Source of the DNA: Eledone cirrhosa | Lineage: Eukaryota | Direction: 5' to 3' | NCBI GenBank assembly: GCA_964016885.1 | Contig: OZ024756.1 | Span: 43,400,001-43,464,000 of the forward strand | Length of the DNA stretch: 64,000 nt | Shown here: positions 40,741-56,500 of the stretch, piece by piece | Position numbering within the stretch: position 1 is the first letter of the stretch | How the letters are laid out: each line of letters starts with the position of its first letter | Made by a program: the position numbers and the translations under genes | The notes under the pieces: model-generated | What the model was told of the DNA's origin: nothing | Seen by the model: the letters and a program-made list of their open reading frames with translations, nothing else | Database searches by the model: none

Positions 40741-41061
40741 TAGACGTGGGTCTAAGGTGAGACCTTAATTGTGTCAGTGATAATGAAGGTGATAGAGTGG
40801 TTACAATGATGATGATCATGAACATGGTTGTAGTGGCAGTCATAGTGATAGAAGTTAAACTGATCAAGATTATGAAAGTATAAATCCAAACACAAACACA
40901 GCAGTTCAGAAATATGTACACACTTAATCAAATATATGAATAATTATGTATTTTAAACATATACATACCTCACATGGAAACATACAATCATGCATATATA
41001 CACACATGCATGTATTGATAGAGGCAGACATGTATATAAAAATATGGAGTGATGCAGTGAC

Positions 41062-41171
<110 letters not shown>

Positions 41172-41215
41172 ATACACACACAAATGTAATACATAAAAGA
41201 AAATGATTTGCTTAC

Positions 41216-41530
41216 TTTTATCTTTAATGTAGACTACAAAGTCAAGTTCCATTTTAAATACTGAACAGGTGATGGTTATATCGGGGTAGTCTGCAATTGT
41301 TACGTTGTAGTCAAACTGTGACTCTAATGAAACATAACAGTTGTTAGTTTTTGGAACATTCACAGTTTCTAGACTGACTGCTGTTTCGTTACTTCCATGT
41401 GTTACACTCCATTTAAACAGGACAATCTCTTCAGAATTTGGGACAAGATTTAAATGACATCTGAAGGTAGATATCTGGTTAATTTTGTGGTTCTCAGTGT
41501 CAGACATCAGATCTTTCATAAAAGATTTCA
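41216..41530 (-). CDS. Gene 1 exon: C-type (C2-like) immunoglobulin domain, 315 nt, phase 1-1
   Basis: Acceptor ttttctcttttcag|TG and donor AAA A|gtaagc. Translation [104 protein letters not shown] shows the Ig pattern C...W...(ITITC) and N-glycosylation sequons NET and NVT. Symmetric phase-1 exons are typical of Ig domains. Confidence 0.85.
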
Positions 41531-41564
41531 CTGAAAAGAGAAAAAGTAAAATAAATAATTGCAA

Positions 41565-44500
41565 ACACACTAGAGAGAGACATTGGACACACACTAGAGA
41601 CATATATTGGACACACACTAGAGACAGGCATTGGACACACACTAGAGACAGACATTGGACACACACTAGAGAGAGACATTGGACACACACTAGAGACAGA
41701 CATTAGACACACACTAGAGACAGACATTTGACACACACTAGAGACAGACATTGGACACACACTAGAGAGAGACATTGGACACACACTAGAGACAGACATT
41801 AGACACACACTAGAGACAGACATTTGACACACACTAGAGACAGACATTGGACACACACTAGAGACAGACATTGGACACACACTAGTCAGAGACATTGGAC
41901 ACACACTAGACAGAGACATTGGACACACACTAGAGACAGACATTGGACACACACTAGAGACAGACATTGGACACACACTAGAGACAAACATTGGACACAC
42001 ACTAGAGACAGACATTGGACACACACCAGAGACAGACATTGGACACACACTAGAGACTGACATTGGACACACACTAGAGAGAGACATTGGACACACACTA
42101 GAGACAGATATTGTACACACACTAGAGATAGACATTGGACACACACTAGAAACAGACATTGGACACACACTAGAAACAGACATCGGACACACACTAGAGA
42201 CAGACATTGGACACACACTAGAAACAGACATTGGACACATACAAGAGACAGACATTGGACACACACTAGAAACAGACATTGGACACACACTAGAGACAGA
42301 CATTAGACACACACTAGAGACAGACATTGGACACACACTAGAGACAGACATTGGACACACACTAGAGACAGACATTGGACACACACTAGAGACAGACATT
42401 GGACACACACTAGAGACAGACATTGGACACACACTAGAGACAGACATTAGACACACACTAGAGACAGACATTGGACACACACTAGAGACAGACATTGGAC
42501 ACACACTAGAGACAGACATTGGACACACACTAGAGACAGACATTGGACACACACTAGAGACAGACATTGGACACACACTAGAGAGAGACATTAGACACAC
42601 ACTAGAGACATACATTGGACACACACTAGAGACAGACATTGGACACACACTAGAGAGAGACATTAGACACACACTAGAGACATACATTGGACACACACTA
42701 GATACAGACATTGGACACACACTAGAGAGAGACATTGGACACACACTAGAGACAGACATTGAACACACACTAGAGAGAGACATTGGACACACACTAGAGA
42801 CAGACATTGGACACACACTAGAGACTGACATTGGACACACACTAGAGAGAGACATTGGACACACACTAGAGACAGACATTGGACACACACTAGTCAGAGA
42901 CATTGGACACACACTAGAGAGAGACATTGGACACACACTAGAGAGAGACATTGGACACACACTAGAGACAGACATTGGACACACATTAGAGACAGACATT
43001 GGACACACACTAGAGACAGACATTAGACACACACTAGAGACAGACATTAGACACACACTAGAGACAGACATTGGACACACACTAGAGACAGACATTGGAC
43101 ACACACTAGAGAGAGACATTAGACACACACTAGAGACATACATTGGACACACACTAGATACAGACATTGGACACACACTAGAGAGAGACATTGGACACAC
43201 ACTAGAGACAGACATTGAACACACACTAGAGACGGACATTGGACACACACTAGAGAGAGACATTGGACACACACTAGAGACAGATATTGGACACACACTA
43301 GAGAGAGACATTGGACACACACTAGAGAGACATTGGACACACACTAGAGACAGACATTGGACACACACTAGAGAGAGACATTGGACACACACTAGAGACA
43401 GACATTGGACACACACTAGAGACAGACATTGGACACACACTAGAGACAGACATTGGACACACACTAGAGACAGACATTAGACACACACTAGAGACAGACA
43501 TTAGACACACACTAGAGACAGACATTGGACACACGCTAGAGACAGACATTGGACACACAATAGAGACAGACATAGGACACACACTAGAGACAGACATTGG
43601 ACACACACTAGAGAGAGACATTGGACACACACTAGAGACAGACATTGAACACACACTAGAGACGGGCATTGGACACACACTAGAGAGAGACATTGGACAC
43701 ACACTAGAGACAGATATTGGACACACACTAGAGAGAGACATTGGACACACACTAGAGAGACATTGGACACACACTAGAGACAGACATTGGACACACACTA
43801 GAGAGAGACATTGGACACACACTAGAGACAGACATTGGACACACACTAGAGACAGACATTGGACACACACTAGAGACAGACATTGGACACACACTAGAGA
43901 CAGACATTAGACACACACTAGAGACAGACATTAGACACACACTAGAGACAGACATTGGACACACGCTAGAGACAGACATTGGACACACAATAGAGACAGA
44001 CATAGGACACACACTAGAGACAGACATTAGACACACACTAGAGACAGACATTGGACACACACTAGAGAGAGACATTGGACACACACTAGAGACAGACATT
44101 GGACACACACTAGAGACAGACATTAGACACACACTAGAGACAGACATTGGACACACACTAGAGACAGGCATTGGACACACACTAGAGACAGACATTGGAC
44201 ACACACTAGAGACAGACATTGGACACACACTAGAGACAGACATTGGACACACACTAGAGACAGACATTGGACACACACTAGAGAGAAACATTGGACACAC
44301 ACTAGAGAGAGACATTGGACACACACTAGAGACAGACATTGGACACACACTAGAGACAGACATTAGACACACACTAGAGACAGACATTGGACACACACTA
44401 GAGACAGGCATTGGACACACACTAGAGACAGACATTGGACACACACTAGAGACAGACATTGGACACACACTAGAGACAGACATTGGACACACACTAGAGA

Positions 44501-47500
44501 CAGACATTGGACACACACTAGAGACAGACATTTGACACACACTAGAGACAGACATTGGACACACACTAGAGACAGACATTTGACACACACTAGAGACAGA
44601 CATTGGACACACAATAGAGACAGACATTGGACACACACTAGAGACAGACATTGGACAAACACTAGTGAGAGATATTGGACACACACTAGAGACAGACATT
44701 GGACACACACTAGTGACAGATATTGGAGACACACTAGAGACAGACATTAGACACACACTAGAGACAGACATTAGACACACACTAGAGACAGACATTGGAC
44801 ATACACACTAGAGAGAGACATTGGACATACACTAGACAGAGACATTGGACACACACTAGAGACAGACATTGGACACACACTAGAGAGAGATATTGGACAC
44901 AAACTAGAGACAGACATTGGACACACACTAGAGACAGTCATTGGACACACACACTAGACACAGACATTAGTCACACACTAGAGACAGACATTGCACACAG
45001 ACATTGGACACACACTAGAGAGAGATATTGGACACACACTAGAGACAGACATTGGACACACACTAGAGACAGTCATTGGACACACACACTAGACACAGAC
45101 ATTAGTCACACACTAGAGACAGACATTGGACACACACTACAGACAGGCATTGGACACACACTAGAGACAGACATTGGACACACACTAGAGACAGACATTG
45201 GACACACACTAGAGACAGACATTAGACACACACTAGAGACAGACATTGGACACACACTAGAGACAAACATTGGACACACACTAGAGACAGACATTGGACA
45301 CACACCAGAGACAGACATTGGACACACACTAGAGACTGACATTGGACACACACTAGAGAGAGACATTGGACACACACTAGAGACAGACATTGTACACACA
45401 CTAGAGATAGACATTGGACACACACTAGAAACAGACATTGGACACACACTAGAAACAGACATCGGACACACACTAGAGACAGACATTGGACACACACTAG
45501 AAACAGACATTGGACACACACTAGAGACAGACATTGGACACACACTAGAAACAGACATTGGACACACACTAGAGACAGACATTAGACACACACTAGAGAC
45601 AGCCATTGGACACACACTAGAGACAGACATTGGACACACACTAGAGACAGACATTGGACACACACTAGAGACAGACATTGGACACACACTAGAGACAGAC
45701 ATTGAACACACACTAGAGACAGACATTGGACACACACTAGAGACAGACATTGGACACACACTAGAAACAGACATTAGACACACACTAGAGACAGACATTG
45801 GACACACACTAGAGACAGACATTGGACACACACTAGAGACAGACATTGGACACACACTAGAGAGAGACATTAGACACACACTAGAGACATACATTGGACA
45901 CACACTAGAGACAGACATTGGACACACACTAGAGAGAGACATTAGACACACACTAGAGACATACATTGGACACACACTAGATACAGACATTGGACACACA
46001 CTAGAGAGAGACATTGGACACACACTAGAGACAGACATTGAACACACACTAGAGACAGACATTGGACACACACTAGAGAGAGACATTGGACACACACTAG
46101 AGACAGATATTGGACACACACTAGAGAGAGACATTGGACACACACTAGAGAGACATTGGACACACACTAGAGACAGACATTGGACACACACTAGAGAGAG
46201 ACATTGGACACACACTAGAGACAGACATTGGACACACACTAGAGACAGACATTGGACACACACTAGAGACAGACATTGGACACACACTAGAGAGAGACAT
46301 TGGACACACACTAGAGACAGACATTGGACACACACTAGAGAGAGACATTGGACACACACTAGAGACAGACATTGGACACACACTAGAGACAGACATTGGA
46401 CACACACTGGAGACAGACATTAGACACACACTAGAGACAGACATTAGACACACACTAGAGACAGACATTGGACACACGCTAGAGACAGACATTGGACACA
46501 CAATAGAGACAGACATAGGACACACACTAGAGACAGACATTAGACACACACTAGAGACAGACATTGGACACACACTAGAGAGAGACATTGGACACACACT
46601 AGAGACAGACATTGGACACACACTAGAGACAGACATTAGACACACACTAGAGACAGACATTGGACACACACTAGAGACAGGCATTGGACACACACTAGAG
46701 ACAGACATTGGACACACACTAGAGACAGACATTGGACACACACTAGAGACAGACATTGGACACACACTAGAGACAGACATTGGACACACACTAGAGAGAG
46801 ACATTGGACACACACTAGAGACAGACATTGGACACACACTAGAGACAGACATTAGACACACACTAGAGACAGACATTGGACACACACTAGAGACAGGCAT
46901 TGGACACACACTAGAGACAGACATTGGACACACACTAGAGACAGACATTGGACACACACTAGAGACAGACATTGGACACACACTAGAGACAGACATTGGA
47001 CACACACTAGAGACAGACATTTGACACACACTAGAGACAGACATTGGACACACCCTAGAGACAGACATTTGACACACACTAGAGACAGACATTGGACACA
47101 CAATAGAGACAGACATTGGACACACACTAGAGACAGACATTGGACACACACTAGTGAGAGATATTGGACACACACTAGAGACAGACATTGGACACACACT
47201 AGTGACAGATATTGGAGACACACTAGAGACAGACATTAGACACACACTAGAGACAGACATTAGACACACACTAGAGACAGACATTGGACATACACACTAG
47301 AGAGAGACATTGGACATACACTAGACAGAGACATTGGACACACACTAGAGACAGACATTGGACACACACTAGAGAGAGATATTGGACACACACTAGAGAC
47401 AGACATTGGACACACACTAGAGACAGTCATTGGACACACACACTAGACACAGACATTAGTCACACACTAGAGACAGACATTGCACACAGACATTGGACAC

Positions 47501-50500
47501 ACACTAGAGAGAGATATTGGACACACACTAGAGACAGACATTGGACACACACTAGAGACAGTCATTGGACACACACACTAGACACAGACATTAGTCACAC
47601 ACTAGAGACAGACATTGGACACACACTACAGACAGGCATTGGACACACACTAGAGACAGACATTGGACACACACTAGAGATAGACATTGGACACACACTA
47701 GAGACAGACATTAGACACACACTAGAGACAGACATTGGACACACACTAGAGACAAACATTGGACACACACTAGAGACAGACATTGGACACACACCAGAGA
47801 CAGACATTGGACACACACTAGAGACTGACATTGGACACACACTAGAGAGAGACATTGGACACACACTAGAGACAGACATTGTACACACACTAGAGATAGA
47901 CATTGGACACACACTAGAAACAGACATTGGACACACACTAGAAACAGACATCGGACACACACTAGAGACAGACATTGGACACACACTAGAAACAGACATT
48001 GGACACACACTAGAGACATACATTGGACACACACTAGAAACAGACATTGGACACACACTAGAGACAGACATTAGACACACACTAGAGACAGACATTGGAC
48101 ACACACTAGAGACAGACATTGGACACACACTAGAGACAGACATTGGACACACACTAGAGACAGACATTGGACACACACTAGAGACAGACATTGGACACAC
48201 ACTAGAGACAGACATTGGACACACACTAGAGACAGACATTAGACACACACTAGAGACAGACATTGGACACACACTAGAGACAGACATTGGACACACACTA
48301 GAGACAGACATTGGACACACATTAGAGAGAGACATTAGACACACACTAGAGACATACATTGGACACACACTAGAGACAGACATTGGACACACACTAGAGA
48401 GAGACATTAGACACACACTAGAGACAGACATTGGACATACACACGAGACAGACATTGGACACACACTAGAGACAGACATTGGACACACACTAGAGAGAGA
48501 CATTAGACACACACTAGGGACATACATTGGACACACACTAGAGACAGACATTGGACACACACTAGAGAGAGACATTAGACACACACTAGAGACATACATT
48601 GGACACACACTAGATACAGACATTGGACACACACTAGAGAGAGACATTGGACAGACACTAGAGACAGACATTGAGCACACACTAGAGAGAGACATTGGAC
48701 ACACACTAGAGACAGACATTGGACACACACTAGAGACTGACATTGGACACACACTAGAGAGAGACATTGGACACACACTAGAGACAGACATTGGACACAC
48801 ACTAGTCAGAGACATTGGACACACACTAGAGAGAGACATTGGACACACACTAGAGAGAGACATTGGACACACACTAGAGACAGACATTGGACACACACTA
48901 GAGACAGACATTGGACACACACTAGAGACAGACATTAGACACACACTAGAGACAGACATTAGACACACACTAGAGACAGACATTGGACACACACTAGAGA
49001 CAGACATTGGACACACACTAGAGAGAGACATTAGACACACACTAGAGACATACATTGGACACACACTAGATACAGACATTGGACACACACTAGAGAGAGA
49101 CATTGGACACACACTAGAGACAGACATTGAACACACACTAGAGACAGACATTGGACACACACTAGAGAGAGACATTGGACACACACTAGAGACAGATATT
49201 GGACACACACTAGAGAGAGACATTGGACACACACTAGAGAGACATTGGACACACACTAGAGACAGACATTGGACACACACTAGAGAGAGACATTGGACAC
49301 ACACTAGAGACAGACATTGGACACACACTAGAGACAGACATTGGACACACACTAGAGACAGACATTGGACACACACTAGAGACAGACATTGGACACACAC
49401 TAGAGACAGACATTGGACACACACTAGAGAGAGACATTGGACACACACTAGAGACAGACATTGGACACACACTAGAGACAGACATTGGACACACACTAGA
49501 GACAGACATTAGACACACACTAGAGACAGACATTAGACACACACTAGAGACAGACATTGGACACACGCTAGAGACAGACATTGGACACACAATAGAGACA
49601 GACATAGGACACACACTAGAGACAGACATTAGACACACACTAGAGACAGACATTGGACACACACTAGAGAGAGACATTGGACACACACTAGAGACAGACA
49701 TTGGACACACACTAGAGACAGACATTAGACACACACTAGAGACAGACATTGGACAAACACTAGAGACAGGCATTGGACACACACTAGAGACAGACATTGG
49801 ACACACACTAGAGACAGACATTGGACACACACTAGAGACAGACATTGGACACACACTAGAGACAGACATTGGACACACACTAGAGAGAGACATTGGACAC
49901 ACACTAGAGAGAGACATTGGACACACACTAGAGACAGACATTGGACACACACTAGAGACAGACATTAGACACACACTAGAGACAGACATTGGACACACAC
50001 TAGAGACAGGCATTGGACACACACTAGAGACAGACATTGGACACACACTAGAGACAGACATTGGACACACACTAGAGACAGACATTGGACACACACTAGA
50101 GACAGACATTGGACACACACTAGAGACAGACATTTGACACACACTAGAGACAGACATTGGACACACACTAGAGACAGACATTTGACACACACTAGAGACA
50201 GACATTGGACACACAATAGAGACAGACATTGGACACACACTAGAGACAGACATTGGACACACACTAGTGAGAGATATTGGACACACACTAGAGACAGACA
50301 TTGGACACACACTAGTGACAGATATTGGAGACACACTAGAGACAGACATTAGACACACACTAGAGACAGACATTAGACACACACTAGAGACAGACATTGG
50401 ACATACACACTAGAGAGAGACATTGGACATACACTAGACAGAGACATTGGACACACACTAGAGACAGACATTGGACACAGACATTGGACACACACTAGAG

Positions 50501-53500
50501 AGAGATATTGGACACACACTAGAGACAGACATTGGACACACACTAGAGACAGTCATTGGACACACACACTAGACACAGACATTAGTCACACACTAGAGAC
50601 AGACATTGGACACACACTACAGACAGGCATTGGACACACACTAGAGACAGACATTGGACACACACTAGAGACAGACATTGGACACACACTAGAGACAGAC
50701 ATTAGACACACACTAGAGACAGACATTGGACACACACTAGAGACAAACATTGGACACACACTAGAGACAGACATTGGACACACACCAGAGACAGACATTG
50801 GACACACACTAGAGACTGACATTGGACACACACTAGAGAGAGACATTGGACACACACTAGAGACAGACATTGTACACACACTAGAGATAGACATTGGACA
50901 CACACTAGAAACAGACATTGGACACACACTAGAAACAGACATCGGACACACACTAGAGACAGACATTGGACACACACTAGAAACAGACATTGGACACACA
51001 CTAGAGACAGACATTAGACACACACTAGAGACAGACATTGGACACACACTAGAGACAGACATTGGACACACACTAGAGACAGACATTGGACACACACTAG
51101 AGACAGACATTAGACACACACTAGAGACAGACATTGGACACACACTAGAGACAGACATTGGACACACACTAGAGACAGACATTGGACACACACTAGAGAG
51201 AGACATTAGACACACACTAGAGACATACATTGGACACACACTAGAGACAGACATTGGACACACACTAGAGAGAGACATTAGACACACACTAGAGACAGAC
51301 ATTGGACATACACACGAGACAGACATTGGACACACACTAGAGACAGACATTGGACACACACTAGAGAGAGACATTAGACACACACTAGAGACATACATTG
51401 GACACACACTAGAGACAGACATTGGACACACACTAGAGAGAGACATTAGACACACACTAGAGACATACATTGGACACACACTAGATACAGACATTGGACA
51501 CACACTAGAGAGAGACATTGGACACACACTAGAGACAGACATTGAACACACACTAGAGAGAGACATTGGACACACACTAGAGACAGACATTGGACACATA
51601 CTAGAGACTGACATTGGACACACACTAGAGAGAGACATTGGACACACACTAGAGACAGACATTGGACACACACTAGTCAGAGACATTGGACACACACTAG
51701 AGAGAGACATTGGACACACAATAGAGAGAGACATTGGACACACACTAGAGACAGACATTGGACACACACTAGAGACAGACATTGGACACACACTAGAGAC
51801 AGACATTAGACACACACTAGAGACAGACATTAGACACACACTAGAGACAGACATTGGACACACACTAGAGACAGACATTGGACACACACTAGAGAGAGAC
51901 ATTAGACACACACTAGAGACATACATTGGACACACACTAGAGACAGACATTGGACACACACTAGAGAGAGACATTGGACACACACTAGAGACAGACATTG
52001 AACACACACTAGAGACAGACATTGGACACACACTAGAGAGAGACATTGGACACACACTAGAGACAGATATTGGACACACACTAGAGAGAGACATTGGACA
52101 CACACTAGAGAGACATTGGACACACACTAGAGACAGACATTGGACACACACTAGAGAGACACATTGGACACACACTAGAGACAGACATTGGACACACACT
52201 AGAGACAGACATTGGACACACACTAGAGACAGACATTGGACACACACTAGAGAGAGACATTGGACACACACTAGAGACAGACATTGGACACACACTAGAG
52301 AGAGACATTGGACACACACTAGAGACAGACATTGGACACACACTAGAGACAGACATTGGACACACACTAGAGACAGACATTGGACACACACTAGAGACAG
52401 ACATTAGACACACACTAGAGACAGACATTAGACACACACTAGAGACAGACATTGGACACACGCTAGAGACAGACATTGGACACACAATAGAGACAGACAT
52501 AGGACACACACTAGAGACAGACATTAGACACACACTAGAGACAGACATTGGACACACACTAGAGAGAGACATTGGACACACACTAGAGACAGACATTGGA
52601 CACACACTAGAGACAGGCATTGGACACACACTAGAGACAGACATTGGACACACACTAGAGACAGACATTGGACACACACTAGAGACAGACATTGGACACA
52701 CACTAGAGACAGAAATTGGACACACACTAGAGAGAGACATTGGACACACACTAGAGAGAGACATTGGACACACACTAGAGACAGACATTGGACACACACT
52801 AGAGACAGACATTAGACACACACTAGAGACAGACATTGGACACACACTAGAGACAGGCATTGGACACACACTAGAGACAGACATTGGACACACACTAGAG
52901 ATAGACATTGGACACACACTAGAAACAGACATTGGACACACACTAGAAACAGACATCGGACACACACTAGAGACAGACATTGGACACACACTAGAAACAG
53001 ACATTGGACACACACTAGAGACAGACATTGGACACACTAGAAACAGACATTGGACACACACTAGAGACAGACATTAGACACACACTAGAGACAGACATTG
53101 GACACACACTAGAGACAGACATTGGACACACACTAGAGACAGACATTGGACACACACTAGAGACAGACATTAGACACACACTAGAGACAGACATTGGACA
53201 CACACTAGAGACAGACATTGGACACACACTAGAGACAGACATTGGACACACACTAGAGAGAGACATTAGACACACACTAGAGACATACATTGGACACACA
53301 CTAGAGACAGACATTGGACACACACTAGAGAGAGACATTAGACACACACTAGAGACAGACATTGGACATACACACGAGACAGACATTGGACACACACTAG
53401 AGACAGACATTGGACACACACTAGAGAGAGACATTAGACACACACTGGAGACATACATTGGACACACACTAGAGACAGACATTGGACACACACTAGAGAG

Positions 53501-56500
53501 AGACATTAGACACACACTAGAGACATACATTGGACACACACTAGATACAGACATTGGACACACACTAGAGAGAGACATTGGACACACACTAGAGACAGAC
53601 ATTGAACACACACTAGAGAGAGACATTGGACACACACTAGAGACAGACATTGGACACACACTAGAGACTGACATTGGACACACACTAGAGAGAGACATTG
53701 GACACACACTAGAGACAGACATTGGACACACACTAGTCAGAGACATTGGACACACACTAGAGAGAGACATTGGACACACACTAGAGAGAGACATTGGACA
53801 CACACTAGAGACAGACATTGGACACACACTAGAGACAGACATTGGACACACACTAGAGACAGACATTAGACACACACTAGAGACAGACATTAGACACACA
53901 CTAGAGACAGACATTGGACACACACTAGAGACAGACATTGGACACACACTAGAGAGAGACATTAGACACACACTAGAGACATACATTGGACACACACTAG
54001 AGACAGACATTGGACACACACTAGAGAGAGACATTGGACACACACTAGAGACAGACATTGAACACACACTAGAGACAGACATTGGACACACACTAGAGAG
54101 AGACATTGGACACACACTAGAGACAGATATTGGACACACACTAGAGAGAGACATTGGACACACACTAGAGAGACATTGGACACACACTAGAGACAGACAT
54201 TGGACACACACTAGAGAGAGACATTGGACACACACTAGAGACAGACATTGGACACACACTAGAGACAGACATTAGACACACACTAGAGACAGACATTGGA
54301 CACACACTAGAGAGAGACATTGGACACACACTAGAGACAGACATTAGACACACACTAGAGACAGACATTGGACACACGCTAGAGACAGACATTGGACACA
54401 CAATAGAGACAGACATAGGACACACACTAGAGACAGACATTAGACACACACTAGAGACAGACATTGGACACACACTAGAGAGAGACATTGGACACACACT
54501 AGAGACAGACATTGGACACACACTAGAGACAGACATTGGACACACACTAGAGACAGACATTGGACACACACTAGAGACAGACATTGGACACACACTAGAG
54601 ACAGACATTGGACACACACTAGAGAGAGACATTGGACACACACTAGAGAGAGACATTGGACACACACTAGAGACAGACATTGGACACACACTAGAGACAG
54701 ACATTAGACACACACGAGAGACAGACATTGGACACACACTAGAGACAGGCAGTGGACACACACTAGAGACAGACATTGGACACACACTAGAGACAGACAT
54801 TGGACACACACTAGAGACAGACATTGGACACACACTAGAGACAGACATTTGACACACACTAGAGACAGACATTGGACACACACTAGAGACAGACATTTGA
54901 CACACACTAGAGACAGACATTGGACACACAATAGAGACAGACATTGGACACACACTAGAGACAGACATTGGACACACACTAGTGAGAGATATTGGACACA
55001 CACTAGAGACAGACATTGGACACACACTAGTGACAGATATTGGAGACACACTAGAGACAGACATTAGACACACACTAGAGACAGACATTAGACACACACT
55101 AGAGACAGACATTGGACATACACACTAGAGAGAGACATTGGACATACACTAGACAGAGACATTGGACACACACTAGAGACAGACATTGGACACACACTAG
55201 AGAGAGATATTGGACACACACTAGAGACAGACATTGGACACACACTAGAGACAGTCATTGGACACACACACTAGACACAGACATTAGTCACACACTAGAG
55301 ACAGACATTGCACACAGACATTGGACACACACTAGAGACAGACATTGGACACACACTACAGACAGGCATTGGACACACACTAGAGACAGACATTGGACAC
55401 ACACTAGAGACAGACATTGGACACACACTAGAGACAGACATTAGACACATACTAGAGACAGACATTGGACACACACTAGTGAGAGATATTGGACACACAC
55501 ACTAGAGACAGACATTGGAGACACACTAGAGACAGACATTGGACACACACTACAGACAGGCATTGGACACACACTAGAGACAGACATTGGACACACACTA
55601 GAGACAGACATTGGACACACACTAGAGACAGACATTAGACACATACTAGAGACAGACATTGGACACACACTAGTGAGAGATATTGGACACACACACTAGA
55701 GACAGACATTGGAGACACACTAGAGACAGAAATTGGACACACACTAGAGACAGACATCGGGGACACACTAGAGACAGACATTGGACACACACTAGAGACA
55801 GACATTGGACACACACTAGAGAGAGATATTGGACACACACTAGACGCAGACATTGGACACACGCTAGAGACAAACATTGGACACACACACTAGAGAGAGA
55901 CATTGGACACGCACTAGACACAGACATTGGACACACACTACAAAGACATTGGACACACACTAGAGACAGACATTGGACACACACTAGAGACAGACATTGG
56001 ACACACACTAGAGACAGACATTAGACACACACTAGAGACAGACATTGGACACACACTAGAGACAGACATTGGACACACACTAGAGACAGACATTGGACAC
56101 ACACTAGAGACAGACATTGGACACACACTAGAGACAGACATAGGACACACACTAGAGACAGACATTGGACACACACTAGAGACAGACATTGGACACACAC
56201 TAGAGACAGACATTGGACACACACTAGAGACAGACATTGGACACACACTAGAGACAGACATTGGACACACACTAGAGACAGACATTAGACACACACTAGA
56301 GACAGACATTGGACACACGCTAGAGACAGACATTGGACACACACTAGAGACAGACATTGGACACACACTAGAGACAGACATTAGACACACACTAGAGACA
56401 GACATCGGACACACACTAGAGACAGACATTGGACACACACTAGTGAGAGATATTGGACACACACACTAGAGACAGACATTGGAGACACACTAGAGACAGA

